Shown here one piece after another: positions 27,492-62,170 of a stretch of DNA of 64,000 bases. The stretch comes from Chrysomallon squamiferum (taxonomy: Eukaryota; Animalia; Mollusca): assembly GCA_012295275.1 (NCBI GenBank), contig CM022665.1, forward strand, positions 45,880,001 to 45,944,000, written 5' to 3'. Both the position numbers and the translations under genes were made by a program. Under the pieces are notes generated by a model, which had not been told where the DNA came from, searched no databases, and saw only the letters and a program-made list of their open reading frames with translations. Position 1 is the stretch's first letter. Every line of letters starts with the position of its first letter.

Positions 27492-28529
27492 ATGTTGGTT
27501 AAGAAAATCTATACACTTTTAAGCCTTCCAAATGTTTATCAAAACGTAAAATGTTGTTTACAATATAGACGTAACTGGGCCAGTAGATACGTTCCAAGTT
27601 TTAAAGAGACATACTCGTACCAGTATTGCACAGTAGCTGGAAGCAGGGTGCAAGAGTTAAATAATATAAGTTCAAAAGAACTTCTTGAAAAATATGATAC
27701 AATTCTTTTAGACTGCGATGGAGTTCTTTGGAAAACGGATCATGTGACACCTCTCCCAGGCATAGCAGAAACCATGAACAGACTGAGGAAGATGGGAAAA
27801 CAAATATTATTCGTCACTAACAACAGTATGCATGATCGAGACATGTATGTGCGCAAGTTTAAAGAATACGGTTTTGAAGCTACGGATAGCGAGGTGTTTT
27901 GTGTAGCTTACGCTGCTGCCATATACTTGAAAAATGTCGCAAAAATTACAAAAGCGGTGTATGTTTCCGGAAGCCCAGGCATGCAGAGTGAACTTGAAAA
28001 AGCAGGTATTTCGTTTTTTGGAATCGGACCTGATCCTGATGAAAGCACTGGTGCTGTTGAAAAGCTTCTGAAAGTCAAACTTCGCGACGATGTCGAAGCA
28101 GTATTAGTTGGATTTGATTACCATTTCAATTACAGTAAAATGTTCAAAGCAGCGAGCTATCTGACCAACCCAGACTGTTTGTATTTTGCTACAAACAGTC
28201 TGGAGACGGGGGCCATGATAGCACCAAACAGACGCCAGCCAGTGACTGGAGCAAATGTAGCAGCGATTTCAGCAGCGTCGAAAAGAAATCCCATGGTACT
28301 TGGGAAACCATATTTCCACATGTTTGAGTGCATTAAAGCGATGTATCCTGATATAAATAAATCTAGAACAGTGATGATTGGCGACAGTCTTCAAGCCGAT
28401 ATTCAGTTTGCTAAAAATAATGGAATTGATTCTGTGCTGGTTTTAACTGGTATGAGTGATTTTCAGACGGTAAAAGATACTGGCATAGAACCGACGTATT
28501 TTCTACAGTCGCTTGCTGATTTACTGTGA
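27492..28529 (+). CDS. HAD subfamily IIA phosphatase (PGP/G3PP/chronophin-like), 345 aa, single coding exon
   Basis: Motif I DCDGVLW, motif II FVTNNS, cap AVLVGFDYHFNYSK, motif III GKP, motif IV MIGDSLQADI, then SVLVLTG. First ATG at 27492 (the listed ORF starts at a TTG). AATAAA at 28558. Confidence 0.93.
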   Translation: MLVKKIYTLLSLPNVYQNVKCCLQYRRNWASRYVPSFKETYSYQYCTVAGSRVQELNNISSKELLEKYDTILLDCDGVLWKTDHVTPLPGIAETMNRLRKMGKQILFVTNNSMHDRDMYVRKFKEYGFEATDSEVFCVAYAAAIYLKNVAKITKAVYVSGSPGMQSELEKAGISFFGIGPDPDESTGAVEKLLKVKLRDDVEAVLVGFDYHFNYSKMFKAASYLTNPDCLYFATNSLETGAMIAPNRRQPVTGANVAAISAASKRNPMVLGKPYFHMFECIKAMYPDINKSRTVMIGDSLQADIQFAKNNGIDSVLVLTGMSDFQTVKDTGIEPTYFLQSLADLL

Positions 28530-29711
28530 TAATCATTGGTGGCATTGTGCAAGAACAAATAAATAATGCTTTTTCAAAATAATCAAAGTATTGTTGAAAC
28601 TTAATTTAATAATAATAATAAAGTTATTTCGAAACACAAAATAAATAAAGATAACCAGCAAAAATATGGATGTTGTTGTTTAATTATTTTCGTTTTAGTT
28701 TAAGTAATAAATAATATTAATGTTTATACTATGAAACGGATGACTGTTAACCTGACATTTAAAGAAACAACAAAAAAACAAAAAAATCAATCACATATTA
28801 AAATAATTAGTTTTCCGTGCTAATTTACAAATTTATATTCGTACAAAATGCTACATGCTAATTTTCGTACATGTGTGTGTGTGTGTGTGTTGTATATTTT
28901 TATAGTGTTAGTAATAATGGTTGAGAATTTATATACCTCGGTTCAAACACCAAAAGAATTCCTCTTTAATAAATAAAACAATAAAATTAGTATCTATGAA
29001 ACAAAAGTAAAAATACAAGTACTAGCTACAAAATAATCGTTTAAAATTATTTTTGGTTTATTTAATTCTGTGTACAGGTAAATACATTTGTTTGGGAAAT
29101 ACAACAAATAGAAGAGAAAGAAAAACAACTTTGTGCGTCTTTTTTTATTTGTAAAATATGTGCATGAGCATACATTTTACAGTAAATTGTATAAAATGTA
29201 TATATTTTTTAGTTTTGTTTTGTTTTGGTTGTTTTTGTTTTTTATGTGTTCGCGCGTTTTCAAAATTTAGATTCTTAATATTAGCTTAGATCCCGTAGCA
29301 TGCATTCCAAGAATGAGTTACTTACAAAATTCATTAAATATACGCAATTACGATTATGTTATTTTCTAACGTAATAATATACTACATAATGCCGGCGATA
29401 CAACATTTTGCCATTAAAACCTAAATTAGGCAAACGTAGTACATTTTTAAATCAAATTTGATGGAATGATGAATTTTGTCTTATTTTTATTACTACAATA
29501 CTATAGTCTTTGGTTACTGACGAGGTTTTGAAAAACTAATGTTTATATTTTTAATTTTTATTTATGTATTTATTTATTTTGTTAGTGAAAGTTATTAATT
29601 GTGCAGTGGTACCAATAGGGATAATAATTTAGAGTTACTTCCCTTATTTACAGACGTTCGGCTGACATCTTTTTTATTCCCTAAACAGATTAGATCTTAA
29701 ACGTTTCCACA

Positions 29712-33270
<3,559 letters not shown>

Positions 33271-34354
33271 CACCGATTATAATTTATTAAAGTTCTGACA
33301 GTGACAGTGGGCAGGATACAGACTGATACTGATTGAAATTATTAAAGTTCTGACAGTGACAGTGGGCAGGATACAGACTGATACTGATTGAAATTATTAA
33401 AGTTCTGACAGTGACAGTGGGCAGGATACAGACTGACACTGATTATAATTTATTAAAGTTCTGACAGTGACAGTGGGCAGGATACAGACTGACACTGATT
33501 ATAATTTATTAAAGTTCTGACAGTGACAGTGGGCAGGATACAGACTGATACTGATTGAAATTATTAAAGTTCTGACAGCAACTGAGCAGGATACAGATAG
33601 AATGTATTAAAGTTTGAGAAATTACTCCGACAGTAACAACTGAGCAGGATACAGACTGACACTGATTAAAATGAATTAAAATTTGTCTGAGAAATTGATC
33701 TGACAGTAGATACAGAGTGATTTTAATTCTGACAGAAACAAGACATGATGTGAAATTACACCTGACGCAGTTACTGTTGTCAGTCACTGCTCATAATGTA
33801 CAAAAACAAATTTCTCTCATTTCCATAAAATGTCTAGCCTAAGACACAAGAAGCAGGATTTGTGTAGAACATGTCACCGATTTTTATTCACAGAATAAAA
33901 TATATTTTTTAAATTATATAAAATATATCAGTGTATGTTCTTAGAATGAGGATAATAAATTTTAATTCATTTTGTATTTGTTTTTATTTTTAATTTTTGT
34001 ATTAAATACCACCTCCTCTTCGAACTAATAATACACAGTGTATTTTGGAAGATTTCATGAGCTCTTCTGCAGACTAGTGAACCAGGTTTATGTTTGAGAA
34101 TTTCATGAATCTGTTGACGCAAGTTCTGTTTTCAATCATTCCTTGTGTAACAGATATTCCGAGTATGGCAAAAAACTATAGAATCATTTTGCAAGAACGA
34201 AATTACATTCCTCTCAAAGCACGTATCAATTTCACAACGGATTATACTTTAGTAATAAAACTTGCTTAAAATGGGTATCTTTCTTTTTTATTTTATTTTT
34301 TAATTTTTTTTTTTTTTTTTTTTTTTATAGTGCTTAGTGTTATTGTTGTTCTAA

Positions 34355-34397
<43 letters not shown>

Positions 34398-34948
34398 TAC
34401 TTGTTCACATTTCAGACACATTTGAATATTTTTAAAGTACTTCTAGTTGTGCAGGCTGTAGTAAAGTCTGTTGGTTTACTGTTCACATTTTTATCGTCAG
34501 TTAATTGTTTACTGGATTAGCTTTACGACCTAACGCATCTGTTATTCATAGCTTTTCATCGTCTCGTTTGCTTTAGAATAGTATCATGATGTAATGTGAA
34601 ACCTGGCAGTCCTTTAAAAAGAATAATAAATAAAAATAAAAAACGAAAAACAGAAAGAAAAAAAATATGGCGTAATCATTTGCGGTTGAATTCCATCGTT
34701 AAACAATTTCGGTTTGGTCGTTCTTTCAGTTTAATAAGTATAGATATCCGCCAAACAACAACAAATAAAAATAAATCTCAAATATCCGACATCTGCAACA
34801 TCAGCCAAAAGTAATTGTATTTGTAAATTATACCTTTTTTCTTTCCTTTTCAACCCCTCTTATTGCAGTTAGCTTTGTCAGTATTATATTTCTGTAATAT
34901 TAAATTTGATTGCGATCTTGTTATAGATTTTTAAAATTTTTATTTATC

Positions 34949-35004
<56 letters not shown>

Positions 35005-36868
35005 TAATTACATTTTAATAACATCATTAATCTATCGTCATAGGCAATCATTATGACGTATGTAATTACGCGTTTGAAGTATACTTCACAACATTAATAA
35101 TGCACAATTATTTCCTTACGCAGTCCAGGAGGTCTTCGACAATTAAAGAGTAATTCTTAGCACAAAGCTGTGATTAAAATAATTTAGCAATCGCTCTTTT
35201 CAATATCGTTTATACTCTTCTCTCTCTCTCTGTATCTTTTTTTTTATCCCTGTTTCTCACTGACTCTACGTGTCGAAGAAAAGCCAGACTCATAATTAAA
35301 ATAGCGTATTCATGGAGGTGAAAAGGCAACCATTTATTAAAACGACTCATAAACGATTTTCATTAAATCCCTTTTTTTTTCCTTCACTACAGTCAATAAG
35401 CATGCTACGACGTATCCCAAACAGAGCCTCTCTGCCGCAGATAGACTACGCTATCGATTTTCTGGTACCAGCTGTATTTATTTTGTATCCAAACTGCGCT
35501 GCCTCGGTTCTGCTAGTTAATGGCTGCCATTTTTCTCGTCTGCCATCGTAACTGTGTTCGTCTGACATGGTAGGTTGTATTCTGTTTAAACGTATCGTTT
35601 ACAAAGAATCAGATTTTTAAATAATTAACGAATACATTGATTTAAGAAGCATATGTGCTCTGTTTTATATGGATTAAGAAGGTCTTCGACAATTTATATT
35701 TATTAACCGATATTTTGTTTTCTTTATAACAGGTTCTGTGGTTCAAAGGCTATTATTTTGTTAATTGCTACTATTTATTTATTCCTAGCTATTTAGATTA
35801 GCTTTCGTTAGGGACTCTGGTGTTCAATGTGGGAATTTAAGCTACTAAATATTAACTGAGACACGGCTTTGAGTCGACTGCTCATTATTTCAGAGTTCAT
35901 ATGTATTCATAAAAAGGGTACCACTGCTACTACTGCTACCGTTACTATTACTGCTATTACTGCTGCTATTACTACTGCTACTGGTATTACCATTATTGTT
36001 GTGTTATTATTGTTGCTGACGTCGTTGTTGATGATATATGTATGTGTGTGTGTGTATGTATATATGTATATGTATAATAATATATATATAGATATATATA
36101 TATATGTATGTCTATATACACACATATATATATATAGATATAGATATATATGTATGTCTATATATATATATACATATACATACATATATATATATATATA
36201 TACACACACACATATATAGATGTATATATATGTGTGTGTGTGTGTTGGGTGTAATATTTAATAATTTTTATTGATATTTTTAGTATATTAATATATATCG
36301 ATATAGACATAGATGTATATGTATATATATGTGTGTGTGGGTGTAATATTTAATCATTTTTATTGATATTTTAAGTTCGACAAATATAAAAAATATACGT
36401 TTAAAACCGCTTACGTTTTCAGAATTGCAATTTCTGCATAAACACCTTTTAACCTGTATGCGGGCTGGTGGTGCAATTTCACCCACTAACCAATGGCAAC
36501 AGAATAAAAGTTTGTTAATGGCACAACTAACTCTCTAAATAAGATTAATATAAAATGAACACGTGGCTGATTTTCAGGAATAGAAACATGGGGTTAACTA
36601 TGTCTGGCACAAGTTAACCATTATTATTAAAATATATTATGTTTTGTTTTTTTTTTTTTTTTTCTGGATTTATTTATTTATTAATTTATTATGTTGTTGT
36701 TTGTTTTCCGTTATTAATACTGCTGTTGTTGCTGCTCTTGTTGTTGTCCTCGTTGTTGATGATGATCATGCTCTCTTGTTCATGGTTGTTTTCATTAAAC
36801 AGTTATTTTTTTCTCTCTCTCTCTCTTCCAGTGAATGTAATGCATTATACTGTTAACAACGACGCCAC

Positions 36869-53955
<17,087 letters not shown>

Positions 53956-53967
53956 ATATATGATTCG

Positions 53968-53998
<31 letters not shown>

Positions 53999-55615
53999 AT
54001 TTTATTTTATTTTATTTTATTTATTTGAAGTGGAATAAGGCTTGAATGTATCTACTACAATGCACGCGATGGTGAATAAGACGAAAATTGCCTCGGCCAA
54101 GTTGCTGGAGCAAATCAGAAAATAACGACCGAAACAGTCGAACATAATAATATCATTTTATATTTATGTTACTGTGTTCACAATAAGAACGTGTTGGTTT
54201 TTTTTTTTTTTTTTTTTTTTTTAGTAATTAGAGTACATTTAAAACATAAACTTATATAATGCTTTTTTATTTATTTATTTATTTATACATACCTATAGTT
54301 ATAGCTATTTGGTAGCAATGCAAATTCAAATCAGTGTTGTTATCAGTAATTACTTGGGCATTTTGCTTTTAAAATTTCTCGTAATCCTGCGCAGAAACTG
54401 GATGATCTCTTTTGACAGTTGTAGTTGTTGTTGCTTTGATTTCGTTGTAAGGTCACCAAACCTAGAGAGGGTTTTGAATCTCAAGATAACAAGGAGTACG
54501 TTTCATTTATTCATTTATGTCTTTCGTATTTTAATAACAGCTATTCCTTACCCAGTTTTAACTTATTTTACGTTGAGTATAAAATATTTAAGAGACTGCT
54601 GATTCCATGGTCGATGTTTTAAGAGTTTAAAAATTTTCCTTTTATTTCCTTTTATTCTATTTTATTCCCTATCTATATTTTCAGATTTATCCAATTTTTT
54701 TGTTTTGTTTTGTTGGTTTTTACTTTACACCAGCTGTTGGTACTAGTTTGTTGGAAGATATGCATATTGAATTTTAATATTTTATTGTTATTGTTGTTGT
54801 TTTGTTATGTGAGGTTTTGTTTTTTATTATTATTGTTCGTTGTTTGTTTGTTGTTTCACCGCTATGTTTCAGGTATGTCAGTGTTTGTTAATACCAGTTT
54901 CTCTGAAAATCCTGTCTATTGTAAATATACCAATTCGTTCTCTAATATTTTTTCCTTTTTAATCGATATTGCTGTTTCGAACTTATATACACTCTTAACT
55001 TACTTTTATCATAAAGAGATTATATGTTATCTTTGTTACGTTTATTTTGAGCTCAGTGTAATTTTTGTTACTCAAAGAATATTTCCTTATTTGTACATTT
55101 GAATTTTATCCTGCTTTGTTTGAAGCGTTATGAAGACTTCACAAGTTTTCGCTGAGTGGTGGATTATTTACATTAATACTTTTTTTATTACTCAATTTTT
55201 ACATTTAATTATGGTCTTCATGAATTATTAGAAGTAGAAATTAAAAAAAAAAAAAAATACTGTTGATATTTTACGTTTGCGCTTCCATTCATTTGTACTT
55301 ACTAAGTTACGTAGGTTTTTGCTGCTTTTTTATATCCATTTTGTGCTTCAGACTAATCGTTTCTTTATTTTTTATTATTATTATTATTTTCTTAACCTAT
55401 GACATATATATGTATGTATTTTATACAGTGAAGATTAATACTGTATGTGTGGGTTGCCTGGTAATTTTAATGATAATGGTACTTTGTTACTTACTTTTAA
55501 ATGACGTAATTCATGACGTAATACATGACGTTAATGTTCAGCTGTGTTAGGAGGAGCGAATCATATAATTGCAACACAATTTTTATTTTTTATTCATTCA
55601 TTCATTCATTATTAA

Positions 55616-55661
<46 letters not shown>

Positions 55662-55973
55662 ATTATTATTATTATTTTATTTTATATAACTTTTTGAAAA
55701 ATATTTTCTTTTAAACGTATTTCTTAATGGATAGTTTTTGTAAATATCCGTCTGCTAGAGCTATTTGCATTTATATCTTGGATATGAAGTCATGAAAACC
55801 CCCAAAAGCGAAAAAAATGGCCGCGCCCATAATCATTCAGAGTTTTTCTAATATTAGTAATTATTACTAACATATAATTCTCTTATGTTTTATAACGATC
55901 ATCAACTCTGTTTTGGAATACAGTTTTACGTTTGTGAAAAGTATTCTTTAGAACCTGTCATATTTTAATGAAG

Positions 55974-56044
<71 letters not shown>

Positions 56045-56782
56045 CATCATCATTATTATTATCATTATTATTATTTTTATTGTTAGTGTGTTGTTTATGC
56101 ATATTTAACGCGATCTCTCATGTGCAATTTTTTAAAAGCATAATAACTCAAATATAAATGAGATTTTGATATTATATTGTATTTTGATATTGTTGTTTGT
56201 TCCGCTATATAAATATATCTGGTTGCTTGGGTTTTCATCGTTATTCCATACGTAGTTTATTACATACCTTTAGTCTGATATATCTTAAATATATCACACA
56301 TTGTGACGTTTATAAAAATAAACCACGATAGAGAGTACATCACGTGACATTTATTGCTTAACATTTATTGCCAAAGACAAGAGTTATAACTATACATCCA
56401 AAGAATTTATAAGTAGTTTTTTTTTTTTTTTTTTTGTAAATCATGATAGTGCTTCCATTGTCATTTTAGATACAGTAATTTCGTATAATGAAGTCTCTGG
56501 AAATTCTTTACAGAAAATAGATCTGTCAGGCATGTGGATTTTTTTAAAATGTGTTTTATTTTGCTGTGAGATAACGTCCCATGTTGTTTAAACTGTTTTA
56601 TGCTCTGACAGTGAATAGTTTTTTTTTATCTCACGTTACGTAATACGTGTTCTGTTTCGTGTTAACCGTTTACATCAGTGTTTGTTTTATCCAAAAAATT
56701 TAATAAAATCTGAAGTCTACGTGTACAGTTTTGTCATTTATTCATTCATCTAGTTAGTTAGTTATTACTGTTTTGTTGTGAA

Positions 56783-56855
<73 letters not shown>

Positions 56856-56990
56856 ATCTATATATCCCTGTGTTATGTATATGTATATATATATACGTAT
56901 GTTTTTATGTACATATGTGTGTGTGTGTCTGTGTGTGTATATATGTATTTATTTATGCGTGTGCGTGTGTATTTGTGTGTGTGTATTATG

Positions 56991-57028
<38 letters not shown>

Positions 57029-57133
57029 TACCACACACATACGTACATGTAAGCTGTGACCTTATGAGTACACACGAAAACAAAACGTACTAGTGACATC
57101 ACGAGTATCTCTTACACGATTCACCCGCTCAGA

Positions 57134-57957
57134 TCACATACAGGAAAACATGTCTTCTCGTCGTCTCAGACAGGGCATGCTGCAGTGGTTCGACTCTGTT
57201 TCTAGTTCTGACACGGACTTGGACTGTTCCAGTCTCGGCACCGAGGTCGATCCTCTGCTCTGTTTTGAGGACTTCAGCTTGAGGTTCACCAGAAACACCT
57301 CCTCGAAGATCTCGATAACCGTTTCCATCGTCTCCAAGACGGATACCTCATAAAAGGCGTGGCAGCCCATCCCTGCCGCGGCCCTGCGTCCTTCTGTTTC
57401 CGAGACCATCCTGTCCCACACTCTGTCGCTCTGGTTGCCCACCAGAAACACGGGCACGCCGTTGCCGTGGTTGCCGCCGAGGTAGCTGGTGTTCTTCGTG
57501 TTGATGGTGAACTTGATTCTGTGGCACTCGATGAAACTGCACCGGTCGCTCACTGAGTAGAGAAGAATGAAAGCGTCCGCCCACTTGATCGTTTCTGCCA
57601 GATGATCCTTCGTGTTCTGCACGTACAATAAATAAATATACGTTAAATAGGGATTACGTAATTGTCAGTAATATATATGTATCCTTCGTGTTCTACACGT
57701 ACAATAAAATATATATATATATATAAATATATACGTTAAATAGGGATACGGAATTGTCGGTAATATATATGTATCCAAATATTTATATATAAATAAGAAT
57801 TAATAAACCTGACTGATTTATTTCGTTTAATCATTTAATTTTTTTTTTTTTTTTTTTTTTTTTTTTGAGTACCATATATATATATATATTACCGACATTT
57901 ACGTAATCCCTATATATATTTTTTTTTCCTGCAGTTATATCTATCTATCTATCTATA

Positions 57958-58004
<47 letters not shown>

Positions 58005-58229
58005 AAATAAGCCATATATAGCTACGAAGCTAAATGATACTCAGAAAAAAAAAATTAATTGACTAAACGAAATAAATAAGTCAGGTTTATTAATTCTTAA
58101 AAAGATGTTGTTGAACTATGAAATACAAAATTGCAGAGATTAAACTTTTACTGGAAGCGTGGAACAATTCTGCCGAACTAAGAGATGTAAGACCATTAGT
58201 AGACGTAAAAGCTATTCCATAGCTCTGAA

Positions 58230-58327
<98 letters not shown>

Positions 58328-58708
58328 TTTCTGGTGCTGTCCAGTTTAAAAAACATTAATTTTTTTTATTGTTTTTACTTACTGGGCCTGCTGTGTCCAA
58401 CACTGCAAACTCAACCACAGTGTCTCTGATTACTCGCTTGCAGTGGTATATCTGTTCTGAAAACATCCAAACGTTTGTGTTACCTGCTGCGGTATTACAG
58501 TTAACTTCAATAGGAATGTACATACACAAATATTTATACAGATGTTTAACTCAGTACATTCACACATACATAAACATATATGTACAGACATACTTATATA
58601 TATATATATATATATATATCTATATATATATATATACACATTCATACATAGTTTCTTTTTGATAGACAGACACTCACGACAGACAGACAGACAGACACAC
58701 ACACATAC

Positions 58709-58795
<87 letters not shown>

Positions 58796-59830
58796 CGACA
58801 CACATACATACATACATGCAAATGTACATACATACACACACTTACAAATATATATATATATACACACACATAACACACTTACATACCTATACATACATTC
58901 ATATATCATTATACACATACCACCACACACACACATACCCCACACGTACACACATACGTAAATACTTGAAATACATAATATGTATTTCACATTTCAAAAC
59001 TATAGACGGCTATCAACATTCTAGAATTAAATGAGCAATTACGTAATGCTCTGACGTCAGCACGTACCTAACGTTGGGTCGTAATCACCAATAAAACGTC
59101 TTGTCAAGAAGCGAACCGCGAACGCTGAAAAACAACGAAGATGTATGCATAACACGTGAATAGCCACTAATAACAAAATTGTCATTAACAGCTCCTAGAC
59201 TCTCTAGGACATACGAGGGAAACAAAGCCTCAGTTAGTTTTATTAAACAATAACGAAATTAACATAGTTTCAGAGTAAAACTTATTACAGTCTGTTGTTA
59301 CACTGGCGAATGGGTCATCACTGTATGCTTTAAAATAAGTGAGACACAAAAATGCTGTCATTACTTTACGTGAAAAAGTGGGGACTGTCGTTTCATGGCA
59401 CCACAAGAGAGTGAAAAGTGTAACATTGTAGTGATACTTTATTATTAGCAAAAGCTAGGCGCCAGTTATAAACATAATTTACCCTGGAAAGTCAAAATAT
59501 TTTTTTTTCTTATCTTGTTCGAACCATCACATAAATTTTTATTAAACACATGAATATTATAATCTGAACGTCAGTTGTAAATTATTCTTTATTCTTTTTT
59601 TTTTTTTTTTTTTTTTTTTGAGTTTTATTTTCTTATATTTACATACCTGTTTTACCAACTCCATCCTGTCCAAGAATTGCCACTCTAAACGTCTTCGTTT
59701 TCGCTTTGTTCCCAGTTATTTTCCTCAGAAACTTAGTCGGGGTATTCGGCGAATCCAGCACGGGAACAGTGGTCCACACTTTCGTATTTTCCTCCCTTAT
59801 CGCTCGCGAACCGTTCTCTAGCTCAGACAT
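57134..59830 (-). CDS. RERG/RASL11/RASL12-like small GTPase, paralog A, 265 aa, 4 exons
   Basis: Exons 59830-59647, 59124-59068 (57 nt, AFAVRFLTRRFIGDYDPTLE), 58456-58383 (74 nt, ..FAVLDTAGP) and 57616-57134 (IKWADAFILLYSVSDRCSF, VFLVGNQSD, FYEVSV). G1 is GQDGVGKT. No CAAX box. Confidence 0.9.
57794..58099. repeat. Inverted repeat with about 50-bp arms (fold-back/MITE-like) in paralog A intron 3
   Basis: TAAGAATTAATAAACCTGACTGATTTATTTCGTTTAATCATTTAATTTTTT (57794-57845) is the near reverse complement of 58046-58099. Confidence 0.75.
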
Positions 59831-60610
59831 CTTAATAATTTTGTTACCAAGCGACGACGTTTTCGTTTAATAAAAACACCAGGTTTCGTGACCGCGCAGG
59901 ACACAAGTAAAAAAAAAAAAAAAAAAAATCCTTTAGTATTTTCCTCCCACGTTAGCTGCGCACCATTTCCCTGGCTCGGACATATTATTAATTTTGTCAA
60001 CTTGAGAGTGTCAGCAAACAAGCGATGGAGTTGTTAATTTAATAAACGACTGGCTTTGTGACCGCACTGTACACGAGTTATCCATCATTTGAAAGTAGAA
60101 ATGTCTTCGTTAAAGGTCAGTGCATATTGCAGACAGCAGTGAAAGGAGGTAGACAAGTCAACGCACAGGGGAAAAAAAGATTAATAAGTTTGTAATTCAA
60201 GAACCGAAATGAGCTATGTAAAAGACTTGTGAGTTGTCTCAGTGTCAAGTTATGTCTAAGTTATATTAATTAATTGTTAAATATACGAAGTCAGTGTAAT
60301 AAAGTTCAGCTCAGTCAGTGTCATAACTTGAGAACAGATGAGACGTGAGAACGATTCTCCTCTGCGGACTGTTTACCGTTCCAACTAGTGCCCTGTTATT
60401 TTATATATTATTATTTAATTATTATTATTATTATTATATATTATTATTTTTTTTATTTTTTAAACGCTGTTTTACTGTTTTTCTCTTTATACAAGAAATG
60501 ACATACAAGAGAACAATAATATTTAGAAATCCATAGAGATGAGCGGAGTGCTCTCCTCTTACTGTTAATTTGCCAAATACACGTACGTGACAGCTAATAG
60601 CCGTGGTATT

Positions 60611-60752
60611 TAATAATCTAGATGTTATTAAACAGCTAATATAAAACAATCAAGTAAAACAAAGTCCATTGGAGAGGCATATAATAATCTAGATGTTATT
60701 AAATAGCTAATATAAAACAGTCAAGTGAAACTGAGACCATTGGAGAGGCATA
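60611..60752. repeat. 71-bp direct duplication between the two GTPase genes
   Basis: TAATAATCTAGATGTTATTAAA..CCATTGGAGAGGCATA occurs twice. Confidence 0.85.
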
Positions 60753-61905
60753 TATTATTGCCGAACTATGAATCATTCCAGTAATTAGGATGAAATAAAA
60801 GAGAAATTTTTTATTTTATTCTCTATTATTGTCTGTGTAATTTTAACTGTAAAGTCAAAAGGTTGCGTCTGATTTTCAGTATTAAACTCCTGTTTTATTT
60901 GTTTATTTTACTCATTTATTTATTTATTTATTTACTTATTTAATTGTTTGTTTGCTTGCTTGCTTGCTTGCTTGCTTGGTTGTTTACTTATTCATTTGTT
61001 TATTTGTTTTCTTATTTATTTATTTGTTTGTTTGTTTACACCGATAACTTTTTAAAATGTTGGCTGCATGAAAATACAGAGAGAAAATGAGGAAATATTT
61101 CAATCTAAGTTGAAGTTCTCAGCCATTTTTCAGTAATATTCTTCCATAGGTTTATCAGTCCTAAGTGTAGTAGTTACATAATAGAGAAGTACTGGGGGTT
61201 TTGTGTGTGTGTGTGTGTGTGTTTAAATATTTGTTGTTGTTGTTGTTGTTTTCGTTGTTTCGTCTTTGTTGATGTTGTTGTTTTTTTGTTATTTCTTATT
61301 TTTTTATTAAAAAGTTATTTCTGCTACGATTATATGATTACTGAAGATCTTGTGTGGGTGATGTGTGTGTGCGTGTATCCATTATGTTTTTTATTATTAT
61401 TATTATAATTTGTACTTCCTTTTTTTAACATAATGATCTCCTTCTGTCTGTCTCTCTACACTGAAACAAAAAGTTAATTTTGTATATTTACCACAAAATG
61501 CTGTAGACATGACATATTTTTATTCAGTAAACCTTTATACAGACTTCAGAACAAGAAAAGGATACAAAATAAATAAAGAAATAAAGAAAGAAATAATACA
61601 AAACGATATATTATGAAAAAAATAAATAAACAATTTAATAAACTGAAATGAAACTGAAATGATCAAAATGAGAATGCGCAAAATATGTACATTAAAGAAA
61701 AAGAAAAGGAAATGATGAAAATCGACGTAGTAATTGTATACAACAGTATTTATTGCAGTGAAAATATCAACTGGTTTAAAGTTATATCGGGAGGCCACCA
61801 AAAAAACCGAATGAACATTAACATCTTTTATCTCAAAAAAAGCAAAAAGAAAACACGTTTTGGAACTTTCAAAAATTGTAAATAAACAAACAAACAAACA
61901 ACAAA

Positions 61906-61944
<39 letters not shown>

Positions 61945-62170
61945 AACGATAGACTAATAAGTAACAGTCCACATTGCCAATAAAATACTTATTTCACTAT
62001 TGCATGAAATATACAAAAATGTATCAACCTATAATGTTATAATCACCGTATTTACACGTCAGAAAACAATAAATAGCAGTATACACAAAACAGTGGAATG
62101 TATTACTCAGACCTGCACCAAAAATAATTTGCAACGTAATCACATCAGAATGACGTCACAGAATGACGCT

